DNA of 64,000 nt from Chiloscyllium plagiosum (Eukaryota). A program made the position numbers and the translations under genes. The first letter of the stretch is position 1, and each line of letters starts with the position of its first letter. This document shows, in pieces, positions 37,580 through 50,660 of this stretch. Location of the stretch: NCBI RefSeq assembly GCF_004010195.1, contig NC_057755.1:5873474-5937473 (forward strand), given 5' to 3'. The notes under the pieces were generated by a model, which worked only from the letters and a program-made list of their open reading frames with translations, was not told the origin of the DNA and did not search any database.

Positions 37580-40500
37580 GTCTCCTTGATCCAGAGAACA
37601 GTTTTTTAGGAAAACGGGACAACTCTGCCCTTAAAAATAATGAATCATCAATACCAAAAACTGGTTTCTTTTTAACCCTGGCAAACCCTGGTTAGTAGTT
37701 TAAATACATTTTTATACATTATACTAACTACAAACTTGGAAAATGTACAACCACATGCAAATTCAGGCACGGCACACCCATTACCAATGCATATGTATCT
37801 CATTCATTTTTTGAAAACGCATTGGCAATCACATTTTCACGACCTGCCACAAGCACAATTATCAAATTGAATGGCTGCAACAACAAGTTCCATCTAAGTT
37901 GTCTGAATGTTTTCTCCTTAGTTTTTCCCACAAAATATGAATGATTTGTGATCTGAGTATACGATTGTCTCAGATGTATTTCTGGTAATATACATAGTGA
38001 ACTGTTGTAATGCCAATTTCAAGTTTAAAGTATCTTTCTTCACTGTTGAATGTTTTTGTTTATGGACGTTCACCTTCCTGGAAAAATGTACGATGGGTCT
38101 TTCTACACTATTGTCACTCTCCTGCAGGAGCACCACACTGACACCCGCATCACTGGCATTTATAGCCACCTTGAGAGACTTCGTGTAATTCGGTGTGACT
38201 CATACTTTGGCAGTGGGTTGACACAATTTGTACGCTGTCAAATGCCTTTTGAAAGTCCACTGTTCACTGAAACTTCTTGTCCCTTTTTAACAATTTGTTT
38301 TGTGGAGCAGCCACGCTGTGCAAGTTCGGGACAACGTTTCAGTAAAATCCATTCAAACCCAAGAACTGTAGTACTGCTTTCTTTCTTGACCGTGTGGGAA
38401 ATTACCCAATTGCTTTCGTTTCTGCATCTCATGGGACCTTTTGTTTATGTCCAATAATATGCCCAGGAATGTGACTTATGCTTTGGTAAATTCACTTTTA
38501 GCTATGTTTACCATCAAGCCTGCCTTCCAAAGTCGATGAAAGAAGTCAGAGAAATGCTGTAAATGTTCCTTCCATGAGTGACTAAAAATCACAGTTGGGT
38601 AATCCAGCAGTCTCTGAAACGCGACTGGAGCGCTTTGCAAACCGAACGGCATGACTTTGAACTGATATAGTCCATTTGGCATTACAAAAGCCAAAATCAC
38701 CTTTGCTCTCTCTGACAGAGTTACTTCCCAGTGGCGTTTGAGCAAGTCCAACTTAGAAATGTAAGTTGTTTGACCCACGTTTTCGACACATACCTCCAAC
38801 CATGGAATTGGAGATGCTTCAGTCTTTCTAACAGCGTTGACTTTGCGAAAGTCCACACACCACCGTTGGGTACAATCTGGCTTTAGCGCCACGACTATGG
38901 GTGAGCTCCAGTCACTGTAACTCACTTCGATTATGCCATCTTGGAGCTTGTGCTCTACCTCCTTCTGAACCTGTGCCAACCTTACAGGGTTATGCCGACA
39001 AGGATGTTGCTTAATCTGAACAGCATCTCCATATATACATATGCACAATTAGGTTAGTACATCCAAGTTTACTTCCACATATGTCCCCAGGTGATAGTAA
39101 TAACTCTTTCAGGCCATTTCGATTTTCGTGTGGAAGGTAACTCAATAATTTACTCAATTTTTGACAACTTCCTCGTTGTCCAATTTGATTTGAGGAATGT
39201 CCAATTCAGAATCCTCCGAAATTGGTTTTTCCTTTTCTGCTGTAATCATTAACACCTCCTCCTCTTGCTTTCCTTCACCTTAGAAATACCTTTGGAGCAT
39301 ATGTATATGGCACACTCTGTGAGACTTCTTCTTGTCTGGAGTCCTTATCAAGCAGTTCAGCCCATTCAATTTCTTCTCAATTTGCCAAGGTCCCCTAAGC
39401 CTTGCTATTAAGGGCTCTATTGTTTCTGGAAGGAACACCAAATCCGTATCTGAAAATGTGTTGCTGGAAAAGCGCAGCAGGTCAGGCAGCATCCAAGGAA
39501 CAGAAGAATCGACCTTTCGGGCATAAGCCCCGTGCATATATCCGAAACGTCGATTATCCTGTTCCTTGGATGCTGCCTGACCTGCTGCACTTTTCCAGCA
39601 ACACATTTTCAGCTCTGATCTCCAGCATCTGCAGCCCTCACTTTCTCCACCAAATCCGTATCCCCAATTTCAAAATTGCGATTTTGTGATTTCTTACCCG
39701 CTTCTTGTTTGATTGTATGTTGTGAATCTTTTAAATGGTGTCGAGTCAACTCTCCAGCTCGATGTAATCGTTCTCTAAAATTTGACAGAGTCCAAATCGG
39801 TGGTTTCTGAATTCTGACAGATCAATTTATCCTTAGTCATTTTAAACAGGCGTCTTTCTTTCATGCACAAAAACTAAGTCATTTGGTACATCTCTGATCG
39901 CAAAACGTACAAGTGGAACTCCGTTAATCCAATCATCTGTATATTCCTGAACATAAGCGCTCAACGTGGTCTTTCTTGTTTGATGGCATTTCTCTCGCGC
40001 TCCCTGCGATTCCGGATGGTACACAGTCGATTTGAATTGCTTTATTCCCAAGTTATCCATAACCTCCTTGAATCGCTTGGATGTGAAGTTTGATCTTTGA
40101 TCTGACTGGATCTCTATAGATAGTCTGTATCTCATTCAATAATGAACTAAGTAATTCCTCTCGAACCCTTTTAGCTGTGATGTTGCGTAATGGGATTGCC
40201 TCTGCAAATATAGTGGACATATTCATTATTATTAATAAATACTTATTCCCACATTTTTGACGTTGGGGGCCCACGTAAATAATCAGGACTCTTGTGAAGG
40301 ATTGTTCAAATGCTGGATTAGCTAATAAAAGCGTATGTTTTAGTACTGCCTGTGGTTTTCCAATTAGCTGACATCTAAGACACGTGTGTCAAAATTAAAC
40401 TGCAGCTTTGTTTTGACCAGGCCAGTGAAATGTCTTTGTATTTTAGCCTGTGTTTACCTTACCCCTAAATGACCTCCAAATTGCAGCTCATGTGCCACTC

Positions 40501-42898
40501 GCAACCACCTCCTTACTGTACCCTAATGGCAAAGACATTTCATGAAACTCTGTCCATGTCTCATTTGTGTTAATGCGTGATGGCTACACTTTCCTCATTA
40601 AGGCATCATTTATTAAGTCATAATACACAGGAATGCATTCACTTCCTTAATCAATAAATGCTTTTTGATATAACTGTTTTAACTCCTCACCTTTCTGCTG
40701 TAAGTCAATCAGCTTATCAGAATTAAAAATGTTTGCATGTTTGCCTATTTGCTCCTTCGCTGTCCCACTTATCTGATCAAAGTAAGTTTTGGATAACACT
40801 ACATCAGCTTCTTTATCTGTGGCTTTTGATCTCTCCTACTTCAACTTGTGTCTCTGTGATCTTATGATCACAAAATCAGGGAAACGTCCTCGATAAACAT
40901 TCTCCAGGTCTTCAGTTGCCTGCATCTCCTCTGTTTCCTTTTAACTGGAGAAGGCAGCACACCACCCAGTGAATCAGCTATATCATTTTTAAGGATAAAT
41001 TGTATTCCTGAAGCACAGTCCGTCGACCACGAATCCTCCACTCTTCTCTGGACTCACTAGCCTCACTCTACATAACCGAGCACTTTTTTTTTATCTCACC
41101 ATGGATTCCTGTAACCAGTACCTTCTCTGGCAATATTCTCTCAGGAGTGGACATTTCCTCATCATTCAGCATTACAGACTGAGAGGATCCTCTGTCCCTT
41201 AATCTTGTCAACTTCTTAACTGCTGCTCCTGGCAATTCAGTATGGAATTTAAACTTATATGAATATTTTTTAGCAAACTCCCTTTAACCAACCTATGGTC
41301 ATCTTCTGCATTCTGAGGCAATTGTCTACCTTCCCTTGTGCTTTTTTCCTACTTGTGCAGCAAAATTTCCAGACGTGGTTGGATTTCATAAATCTGGCTA
41401 TCTCCTGGCCCACCAACTCTGTGACTTCGTGTGGCCAGCTTTATTAAAATGAAAACACTGGAGCTTTTTAAATTCTTTGCCGCTTCAAGGGTTATTTTCA
41501 CACTGTCGTAAATTATCCTTATGATCATCATTGAGATCTATCTTTCCTTTTACACTTCAGGATTTCTCTTTCCACAATTTATATCGCCCATGGACTGAAA
41601 TTGATTTTGGAAGTCAAACCGTGTTTAACAGACCAGATCATTTTCATCAGTAACTTCAGCTGCTAGATCTGTTGTTTTAAGTCTCTGCACTTCCAGGTGA
41701 GTTTGCACTACTTCCTCACTGAGCTTATCTCCAGCCTTTTAAGATGACTTTATTTTTAAGTGTCAGTTTTCGAAGTTCAAGCACTCTGTTTTTTCTTTCT
41801 CTGCTCTCTCTTTTTCCCTCTCTTCTGTTTCTCTCTCTTATTCTCACTGTTCTGCTGCTCTGTCTTTCTCCCTATCTTCTGCTTCTAATCGTAACACGAA
41901 GTATTTCATTCCTTCTGCCCTTTCCTTATCTCTCGCCTATAACTTGAACTGTTTCATTTGCAATTGTATTCTTGCCATCACAATAGGTTCCAACGGTCTG
42001 TCCAGCTGAGTTTCTGCTGTAATTGCATCTCCCTTCCTAACAGAAGCAATCATTCCAATTCCTGCTTTTCTGCAAAATCTTGCAACTTTGTCTTGCAACA
42101 TTCCAATCTCACCACATCCGCATCCAGAAAACCTTTAGCGACTGAAAGAACCATTGCTTTGTCTACACAACCTAACCAACACGTGTAAAAAAGACATGAC
42201 GCTTACCACTCGCTGTTTAGAATCGAGCAAAGAATCCCCAATCTGTTAAGGATGCTTCCAGACCACTCAAAATATTCTTAAGCAGGCAGCACGAGAACTA
42301 ACTTTTCAATTTGTTTCGGTAAGTGTACGGTGAAAGTTACCCGGATTAAAATAGCTAGGTAGACTACTAGATTTTAAAGCAGACAAATAAAAGCCACAGA
42401 ATTATGCAATAAAACACAAATAACAGAGTAAATTAGACTTGACAGAATAAAGTGTAACCTAACCTGGCTTAATTATACTTTTCCGAATATACTCAAAGTC
42501 CCAATTAGTAAACTCCCTTTAGAAACCATGATAAATTGAAATCATGCTTACGGGTTGAACTTGAAGGGCAGAAGAGAGGTAGAGTTTCCACACAGCTCCC
42601 TGTTGAACTTCCCCGTTCAAGACTGAGCTAAATCTGCTCACCTCAGGTCAGCTAAAGAGCTGCCCACACCCCTTTCATTATACAGGTCATTTCTAAATCA
42701 TGACCACTTTGGCCCGAAGTCTCATCTTTAGTTTATCTTCATATAAACTAAAGATGAAGATCCTTTCTATCTCCATACCAAATCAGACTGATTGGAGTCC
42801 AGCCAGGTTTATTGCTCCTCTGAAAAAAATCAAGGACAGAGCTTATTTGAGCCAAGCAACAGCTTTTATAGAAAAAGAACAATCATTGGGACACGACA
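37580..42898 (-). mobile_element. Gmr1-type Gypsy LTR retrotransposon 2, nested antisense in the gag of element 1
   Basis: 5' LTR 42898-42244 (TGTCGT...TTAACA); degenerate PBS gattggggattc; gag; protease LRDRGSSQSVML at about 41200; integrase 40500-39842 (IQSDQRSNFTSK, YHPESQGA); RT 39048-38476 (WSSPIVV, VDFRKVNA, FKVMPFGL); RNase H 38169-37808 (NASDAGVSVVLLQ); PPT then a 3' LTR stub of about 42 bp at 37621-37580. Confidence 0.9.
39450..39648. mobile_element. hairpin (inverted) Penelope-B terminal-repeat insertion with TSD
   Basis: Arms of about 75 bp (39450-39524 and 39537-39612) are near-perfect reverse complements; direct repeat caccaaatccgtatc at 39436-39450 and 39648-39662. Confidence 0.9.
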
Positions 42899-43939
42899 AT
42901 GGAGTGGGAAACAGAATATTATAGCGACGGTGGTTTCAGAAAGGTACTGGGAAAAGGTGTTTTCAGTGCCAGAAGGTCACGTAAAGTCACAGTGAGGATC
43001 ATTAAAGAATGGCGCTGTGGGAAAAGATTTGGAAGAAGAAGCTGAACCAGTGGCATTAGTGCAAACAGTAAGGAGACCCCAAGAAGTGCCGAGCTGTCAC
43101 AGGTGAATGCACAGTCCAGTCAAGGTCTCGGTATGGAAGGAGTAACTGATCTCGACAAAGAATTCGCCTCTGTGTGTAAAGTTTATTCAGAAAGAACAGG
43201 GACAAAAGGACAAGAAGTTATCATTTTGAGAGGCTGAGGTGCATCAGATTGTTTTGCTGGTAGCATAAACACAGAAGGTGTTACAAGTAGCACATCAGCT
43301 ACCTCTAGGATGTCACTTAGGGGTACGAAATACTCAGGCTAAGGCATTAAAAAAAAAAACATTTTTATTGGCCTGGAACGCAAAAAGACGTGGTTAACAT
43401 TTGCCGTCCGTGTCATACATGCCAAATGATCGGTATGCCACAGGGGGTAAAAATACCATAGCGTTTGTTGCCAATTCCCAAATTTTGAAAAACTTTTTAC
43501 GCAGGTTGTATGTGATTGTTTAGCTTGCCTCCCAAGATCGAAATGTGGGAACCAGTACTTGTTAAACATAAACGATGTGTCTAGCAGATTTCCAGAGGCA
43601 ATTCCATTATCGAGTATCAAGGAAAACAATATGGTAGAGCAGTTAGTAGCTTTCATAACATGGTATGGTATGGGCTATCCACAGAGATTTAGTCGGACCA
43701 AGATTCAAATTTTATTGCTTGGCTGTTTAACGAGGTCATGGGTAGTTTAATTATTCAGCACTTTTAATCATGTGCATATCATCCTGAATCCCTTTAGAAA
43801 GGTGGCATCAAACTTCGAAAACCATGTTGAGAGCACTGCCTGCATTACACTAATGATTGGAGTAAAGGTATTCCATTCCTCGTGCTTGCCATTGGAAATG
43901 GTTCACACGAATCCTTCCCTTCGAGTTAATATTCAGTCA

Positions 43940-44065
43940 TAGAACATAGAACATAGAAACCTACCCCCCCTTAATTTAAAGCTATGCCCCCTTGTAATAG
44001 CTGACTCCATACGTGGAAAAAGATTCTCACGGTCGACCCTATCTAAACCCCTAATCATCTTGTAA
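43940..44065 (-). mobile_element. tiny CR1 insertion in the integrase region of LTR element 1
   Basis: (TAGAACA)n tail and CR1 C-terminal sequence, flanked by agtca (43935-43939 and 44066-44070). Confidence 0.8.
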
Positions 44066-46934
44066 AGTCAGGAAGTGAGAGGCCCTTTAAAATTAAATGA
44101 AGAAAGATTGACAGGACGAAAGTCAGAGATCTCAGACTTGGGTTGTGTGTCGGTTGTGATGGAGAGACCAAATGGAGTCGGTGAGTTAGCTGAGTGGCAC
44201 CTAAACAGGGCACGTTGTAGAATGAAGCACGTGATAGATAAACGCACTGAGATTCGGACGTTTTCCTGAGGAGATGACGTGTGAATACTGTTACCAGTAA
44301 TAGGAGATTCATTCAAAGCCAGATTTTGTGGTCCCTATCAATTTGATAAAAACGTTGTCAGGTGAATTACCGAGTAAAAATGCTACAGAGTAAAATTACG
44401 ATGTCAGATATGTCATGTGAACATGCTAAAAAAGTGTTATACTCGAGAGAAAAACAGGAGGAAACATATCCAGGTGATTCGAATATTGATGTGCCTCAAA
44501 AGAGATTTTAAAAATGAACAAGTAATTCAAGTGTGGGATAGGTGAGTAAGGTATATGTTTCAGGAGCATAGAAGGCAGTTAAAAGATTAAAAGTTAAACA
44601 GTATAATAAAATATGTAAGAATTCAATGGGGTAGACTATTGCTATTGTACATGAAGTAGACGAAAGGAATTCTGCTCTGGTAAAACAACACGCCTATTTG
44701 CTTAATCCTTTCTGAGCCAGACAGGTCCAGATAGAGGTGGAGGGCCATGCTCGAAGAGGATATCATCGAACCAAGCCAGAGCGAATGGAGTTCACCGTTC
44801 TTCGAAGTTCCCAAAGCACTTGGGACTCAATGATTCAGCATGAGTTATTGGAATGCCAATGCTACGACAAAATCGGACTCATCCAATTCTAGATTGCGCG
44901 ACTGTATTGGGAAAGTCAGAGAAATCAATTACATTGCCAAGTTGGACTTGATCCATGGTTATTGGCAGGTACCTTTATCAGAGTCAGTGAAAGAAATTTC
45001 TGCTTTTGTAACATTAAATGGACTACATCCATTTAAAAGGGACATATCCACGCAGCGTACCCACCAAATTTCAAAGACTCATGAACAGAGTTGTGGCTGG
45101 ATTAACGAACTGTGCAGTCTATTTTGAAAAAAATAGTGATCTTTCGTAAGTCCTGGAAAGAACACATTGTAAATTTCGCAGAGCTCTTTGAATGGCAACG
45201 AGAAGCAAAACTGATGACAAACATAAATAAAATGGAATTTAGTAAAGCGGAAGTGATGGTCTTGGGACACGACATCGGTCATGGAAGGTTGACTCCAAGG
45301 AATGCAAAGACGAAGACCACTGAGGAATTTCCATCACCAAGAGGTGCTTCGGTTCTTTGGATGACGCAGATTCTACCTGAAGTTTGTTCCACATTTCAGC
45401 AGTGTAGTGGTAATGTTGACCAATTTGCTGAAGGAGAACATTAAGTTTCGATGCACAGAAACATATCAGGAGAGAATCGAATTTTTGAAAGCAATAATAA
45501 CTCCAAACAAGTTTTCGCTGCACAAACTTTTCAAAACCTTTTAAAGTCGCCATCCATACTAGTGATATTGAAGTTGGAGCTGTACTCCTACAGGAAGATG
45601 AGGATACGCTTCAACTGCCAGTTTACTATTAGAAGAAGATCACCATTCACCAAAGGATGTAGTCCATGACCGAAAAAGAAATATTGTGTTGGGTACTGGC
45701 CTTACAACATTTTAATGTGCATATCATGAACAATGTATTGGAGATGGTTGGTTTTGAGATTAGCAGTATTGTTTTGATAATCTTAATCGGGGGTTTATCG
45801 GACTAGTATTGTAGAGGGAAAAGTAAAAGATAGGTTAGAGGAAGGGGGTGTAAGTAGTTCTTAGTCAATTATTCGCTGTAATACTTTACGAAATAACTAT
45901 GTTAATTTACTGCATGGGTTAAATCCTTTCTGCGTTGCTGGTTTAAATTAAGCAGGAGGCTTTACCCCGTGTCATAACAGTTAACTTCAAACCTACAGAA
46001 ACAGAATATCTAGTTTAGCTCTCAGCAGAAGATGTTGACGTTGAGAAAAACTATTACATCTCGCTGGAGTGCAGTTGGAATATGGAAATCTCTGTCTATC
46101 TTCCAGAATTGCCTTTTGATGTTCATTCCTCCTGGATTGGAAAAGTGCAAGTGAAACAATCTGTGCTTTTTTAAATAATTGCCTTTTTTCAAGGGTTTCG
46201 ACCGTGTTCTGAATACTTTGAGGCGGTTTATGCTGGACCACATTTCACTATGAAACAGTGCACGTAAGAACAGCAACAGGCCATTAAGTCCCATGACCCT
46301 GTTCTGCCTCTCTCTCGATTTGCCTTTGTCCCTGATGGCTTAGTGCCTTGTTTGTCTGACGAATTGTCAATTTTCAATGTAAATTGAAAAAACGTTGGAG
46401 CTCCAATTACAGATTGTGGAACAGATTTCCAAACCTCTTCCACTTCTTGTGTGGAAAAGGGATTCCTGGTGTCTTTTTTCACTGCTTTAAAGTTGGACTC
46501 ACTTTTTGAGAAGAAAATGGGAGAGGTTTGCTCTCTCCCTCTGTGTGTCGTACGAATGTGTATTCCACTGCTCAGTGGTTGGTGGAGGCAGAATCCTTGA
46601 AAATGTTCAAGAAATATACTGATAGATTCTTGTTCGGATGCGAATTGGTTTTAATGTTTGTTGTCAAATATAGGTAAGAGCGGGGAAAGACAACAGCTTC
46701 CTTCCTTAAAGACACTAGGGCCAGATGGGGTTTGCATGAAAATGGACAGTGATTCCATCTTAATCATGAGAGTCTTAGTTCTAGATTGTTAGTGAATTCA
46801 ATTTGAAATTAATAATTCATATTTGAAATCCGATCACTGGAATACTACTTGGGATTCTGGATTAGTCGCCTTTTGAAAATGCTACTGGCTCATCACCCTC
46901 TCTAACTTACATATAACTTCTCCCTTTCCCGCAG

Positions 46935-47842
46935 AAAACCTGGTGGCAACTGTGATTTTCTCAGGAGGAAGTTGAGCTTTTTCAAAGTGTATTTCAGTGT
47001 ACATGCTGGCCACGTAACAGCAAATCTGCTATTCATGCACGTTAAAGTCACAGTGTTTCAAATTTTGTACAAAGAATTCCCACATTCATTCCTTTCTTAT
47101 ACTGTGGTTATCAAGTTTATATTGTACATGAGCTGTCGCAATGTCTGTCAGTGTGGAATACTGTGTGTTTCACCATTGACCGATTTATGACTCCATGCTG
47201 TGGTAAACGGAAAACCAGTATGGCTAAAAGAGAACTGCGGCCACGTTCATAATACTTATAGCATTTCTGCTATAATTATCGTATGTTCTCTTTTGCCTTG
47301 CATGTGAATATCATCACTGAAATCTCAATTGTCATGAGGAAGTCTGTCCAAGTGTGTTCTGTCGCAAATCGACTGTAGGTGGAGCCTATGAGACAATACA
47401 ATTTCTTTAAGTTACATTAATTCCTTTATTTTTGATAATACTAATCAAAGATTTGATGGCCATCACATTATAATATGCAACATTAGTCACAGCAGACTCC
47501 GGGCACAGAAGCCTGAAAACCATGAGCGACATAGAGATGAACAGCCGAAGGATGTTGATTGTTTTACTTTTGATGTTGTCAGGTAGTATTATACTGCTAA
47601 ATATGACATCTGCAATGTTTTCTCAGATCAATACCTTGGCTGCGCTTCATCGAACATATTTGACTAACCCTAGCCACTTTGGCACTCAGGGTGGGTATCT
47701 GTTCATTTACCTTGGTTCTTGTACAAACCAATGTATCTATGCAATGACTCAAACCAAATTTAAGGCAGAGTTAAAAAAAAAGGTTTTGCAATCCCCTTGG
47801 ACATTTTCCTTGATAATTGTCAACGAATTCAAAAATCACTGA
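46935..47842 (+). pseudogene. GPCR copy 5: GPR139-like exon 2, multiply disrupted
   Basis: Acceptor tccctttcccgcag (ends 46934), then NLVATVIFSGGS*AFSKCISVYMLA, frameshift, TANLLFMHV...FPHSFLSYTVVIKFILYM, decayed ttgaccgattt (DRF), SDIEMNSRRMLIVLLLMLSGSIILL...LGSCTNQCIYAMTQTKFKAEL. Confidence 0.87.
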
Positions 47843-48318
47843 AAGTTTTTGTGACCAGTTAGGAATTCAATTTCTGCCAGTGCTCTTGTTTGCAATGAGC
47901 ATCTTATACAATTTGAAGAAGGTTGATACAAGATTGGAAACGTTAACTCTATTTCTCCATCCATCTCTATCTTTTTTCTCTGTCTCTCTCTCTTTCTCTG
48001 CCTCTCTCTTTCTCCCCCCCCCCCCCCCCCCCACTCTCTCACTGTCTCTCTCTCTGCAGATGTTACCAGGACTGCAGAGTTTCTGCAGTACTCCCTGGTT
48101 ACTATTTCCGGTGCAAAGTTGAAGCATTCTGTGTTCCTGCATCCGGGTTAGCATTGCACTATTTAATTTATATTGCCTTCTTTAATCGAACAAACAAATG
48201 TCGTATGATATTTGGAAAGCAGCATTTAATGTTTATGGAGTAAAATGACACTAACTCAGGGAAGCATTACGAAAGTTTGGAAAAAATTAGCTAAATGAAG
48301 TTTTCCAGGGAGTAATTG

Positions 48319-48404
48319 AAACGACTGGGTTTGAAGGAGATAAGGCTGCTCTGGATCAGAGAGTAGACGTTGTCTTAAAATCGAATTATACTCTGAAACT
48401 CTTT
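48319..48404 (+). repeat. 86-bp segment duplicated at 49041-49125
   Basis: aaacgactgggtttgaagg...tatactctgaa(a)ctcttt, identical apart from a 1-nt indel. Confidence 0.97.
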
Positions 48405-49125
48405 CCAGACAGAAGTGAAGGGACAAAGCCTCAGATTCACTAAATCATGTTGCAGAGACGTCTTCCTTGTCGACTCACTCACTGAAACTATCCAATCACC
48501 TGTTAAGCCGTTCTCTTTCCCCTTTGCAATTTACTGTAACACTAACTTCTTGTTATTCCCGAAAATAACACTTTATCCTCATCTCTCACATTGTTACGGT
48601 TTATAAAAAGCTTGATCACCAGCCATGGTTCTTGTCATAATCACTATTGTCAGCGTGACAATATGAAAATGAACTGTTTATTTCCACTCTCAGTTTTCTG
48701 TTGTTTATCAATCCTCACACGAAATCCTGTTTCATCACTACTGCGCATGTGTGTTAAATCCTAGTTCAGCAGCAACTGTTTTTGTCAATTAGTTATTTCA
48801 TTTTCACTTTTAGAATGTACAAAAAAAAGTTATTTTCTTTAAGTAGTGGAATTTGGCATGTCTCTGTCACTCAAATATTAACAGATTACGAAGCGAGGCG
48901 AATTTGTCTGGATGTTTTAATTTAGGTAGCAGAGATTTTCCCCTCTGTATCATAAAAGTTTGGGGCTCGTGTCTACGATGTGGACAGGTTTAGAGAGATC
49001 TAATCTGGGATTTTGTCAGAGTTGGACAGATTCGGTGTTCAAACGACTGGGTTTGAAGGAGATAAGGCTGCTCTGGATCAGAGAGTAGACGTTGTCTTAA
49101 AATCGAATTATACTCTGAACTCTTT

Positions 49126-50660
49126 GAAAGTAGACTCCAAGGCAAGAGTGTAAATGATATGTGGAGCTTGTTCAAGGAGCAACTATTGAGTGTCCTTGAT
49201 AATTATGTACATGTCAGGCAGGGAGGAAAGGGTCGTGCGAGGGAGCCGTGGTTTAATAAGGAATTGGAATCCCTTGTTAAATGGAAGAGGGCGGCCTATC
49301 TCAAGATGAGACGTGAAGGTTCAATTGGGGCGATTGAGAGTTATAGGGTAGCCAGGAAGGACCTGAAGAGAGAGCTAAGAGCAGCAAGGAGGGGACATGA
49401 AAGGTCCTTAGTCGGTAGGATTAGGGAAAACCCTAAGGCTTTCTATAGGTATGTTAGGAATAAAAGAATGACTAGGGTAGGAATAGGTCCAGTCAAGGAT
49501 AGTAGTGGGAAGTTGCGTGTGGAGGCGGAAGAGATTGGGGAGACACTGAATGAATACTTTTCTTCAGTATTTACTCAGGAACAGGGCATTGTCGTCGATG
49601 TGAATACTGAGTCACAAATAAGTAGAATGGATGGCTTTGAGGTATGTAGAGAAGAGGTGCTGGAAACCCTGGAAAAGGTGAAAATAGATAAGTCCCCTGA
49701 GCCTGATGGCATTTATCCTAGGATTCTCGGGGAAGCAAGGGAGGAGATTGCAGAGCCATTGGCCTTGATCTTTATGNNNNNNNNNNNNNNNNNNNNNNNN
49801 NNNNNNNNNNNNNNNNNNNNNNNNNNNNNNNNNNNNNNNNNNNNNNNNNNNNNNNNNNNNNNNNNNNNNNNNNNNNNNNNNNNNNNNNNNNNNNNNNNNN
49901 NNNNNNNNNNNNNNNNNNNNNNNNNNNNNNNNNNNNNNNNNNNNNNNNNNNNNNNNNNNNNNNNNNNNNNNNNNNNNNNNNNNNNNNNNNNNNNNNNNNN
50001 NNNNNNNNNNNNNNNNNNNNNNNNNNNNNNNNNNNNNNNNNNNNNNNNNNNNNNNNNNNNNNNNNNNNNNNNNNNNNNNNNNNNNNNNNNNNNNNNNNNN
50101 NNNNNNNNNNNNNNNNNNNNNNNNNNNNNNNNNNNNNNNNNNNNNNNNNNNNNNNNNNNNNNNNNNNNNNNNNNNNNNNNNNNNNNNNNNNNNNNNNNNN
50201 NNNNNNNNNNNNNNNNNNNNNNNNNNNNNNNNNNNNNNNNNNNNNNNNNNNNNNNNNNNNNNNNNNNNNNNNNNNNNNNNNNNNNNNNNNNNNNNNNNNN
50301 NNNNNNNNNNNNNNNNNNNNNNNNNNNNNNNNNNNNNNNNNNNNNNNNNNNNNNNNNNNNNNNNNNNNNNNNNNNNNNNNNNNNNNNNNNNNNNNNNNNN
50401 NNNNNNNNNNNNNNNNNNNNNNNNNNNNNNNNNNNNNNNNNNNNNNNNNNNNNNNNNNNNNNNNNNNNNNNNNNAGTTCATGGAATGCCTTGCCAGTAGC
50501 AGTGGTGGACTCTCCCTCTTTGTGGGCATTTAAGCGGGCATTGGATAGGCATATGGAGGATAGTGGTCTCGTGTAGGTTAGGTGGGCTTGGATCGGCGCA
50601 ACATCGAGGGCCAAAGGGCCTGTACTGCGCTGTATTCTTCTATGTTCTTCTATGTTCTAT
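49126..50660 (+). mobile_element. CR1 LINE, 5'-truncated, young-looking, spanning a gap
   Basis: Open frame MWSLFKEQLL...PWFNKE...ENPKAFYRYVRNKR...DKSPEPDGIYPRIL; (TTCTATG)n tail to 50660. Confidence 0.95.

Larger units (their letters stand above)
35771..45979 (+). mobile_element. Gmr1-type Gypsy LTR retrotransposon 1 (decayed; host of nested element 2)
   Basis: 5' LTR 35771-36444 (TGTTAT...ATAACA); PBS-Pro-like cgtccgggatttgaac at about 36447-36474; gag 36627-37580 (FDEKNVNAFFISIEQL, KLLGRASEVF, REIILLEE); resumes at 42899; integrase about 43270-43930 (SRFPEAIPL); RT about 44640-45300 (KLDLIHGYWQVPL); RNase H about 45500-45745; partial 3' LTR about 45750-45979 aligns with 36190-36444. Confidence 0.88.
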
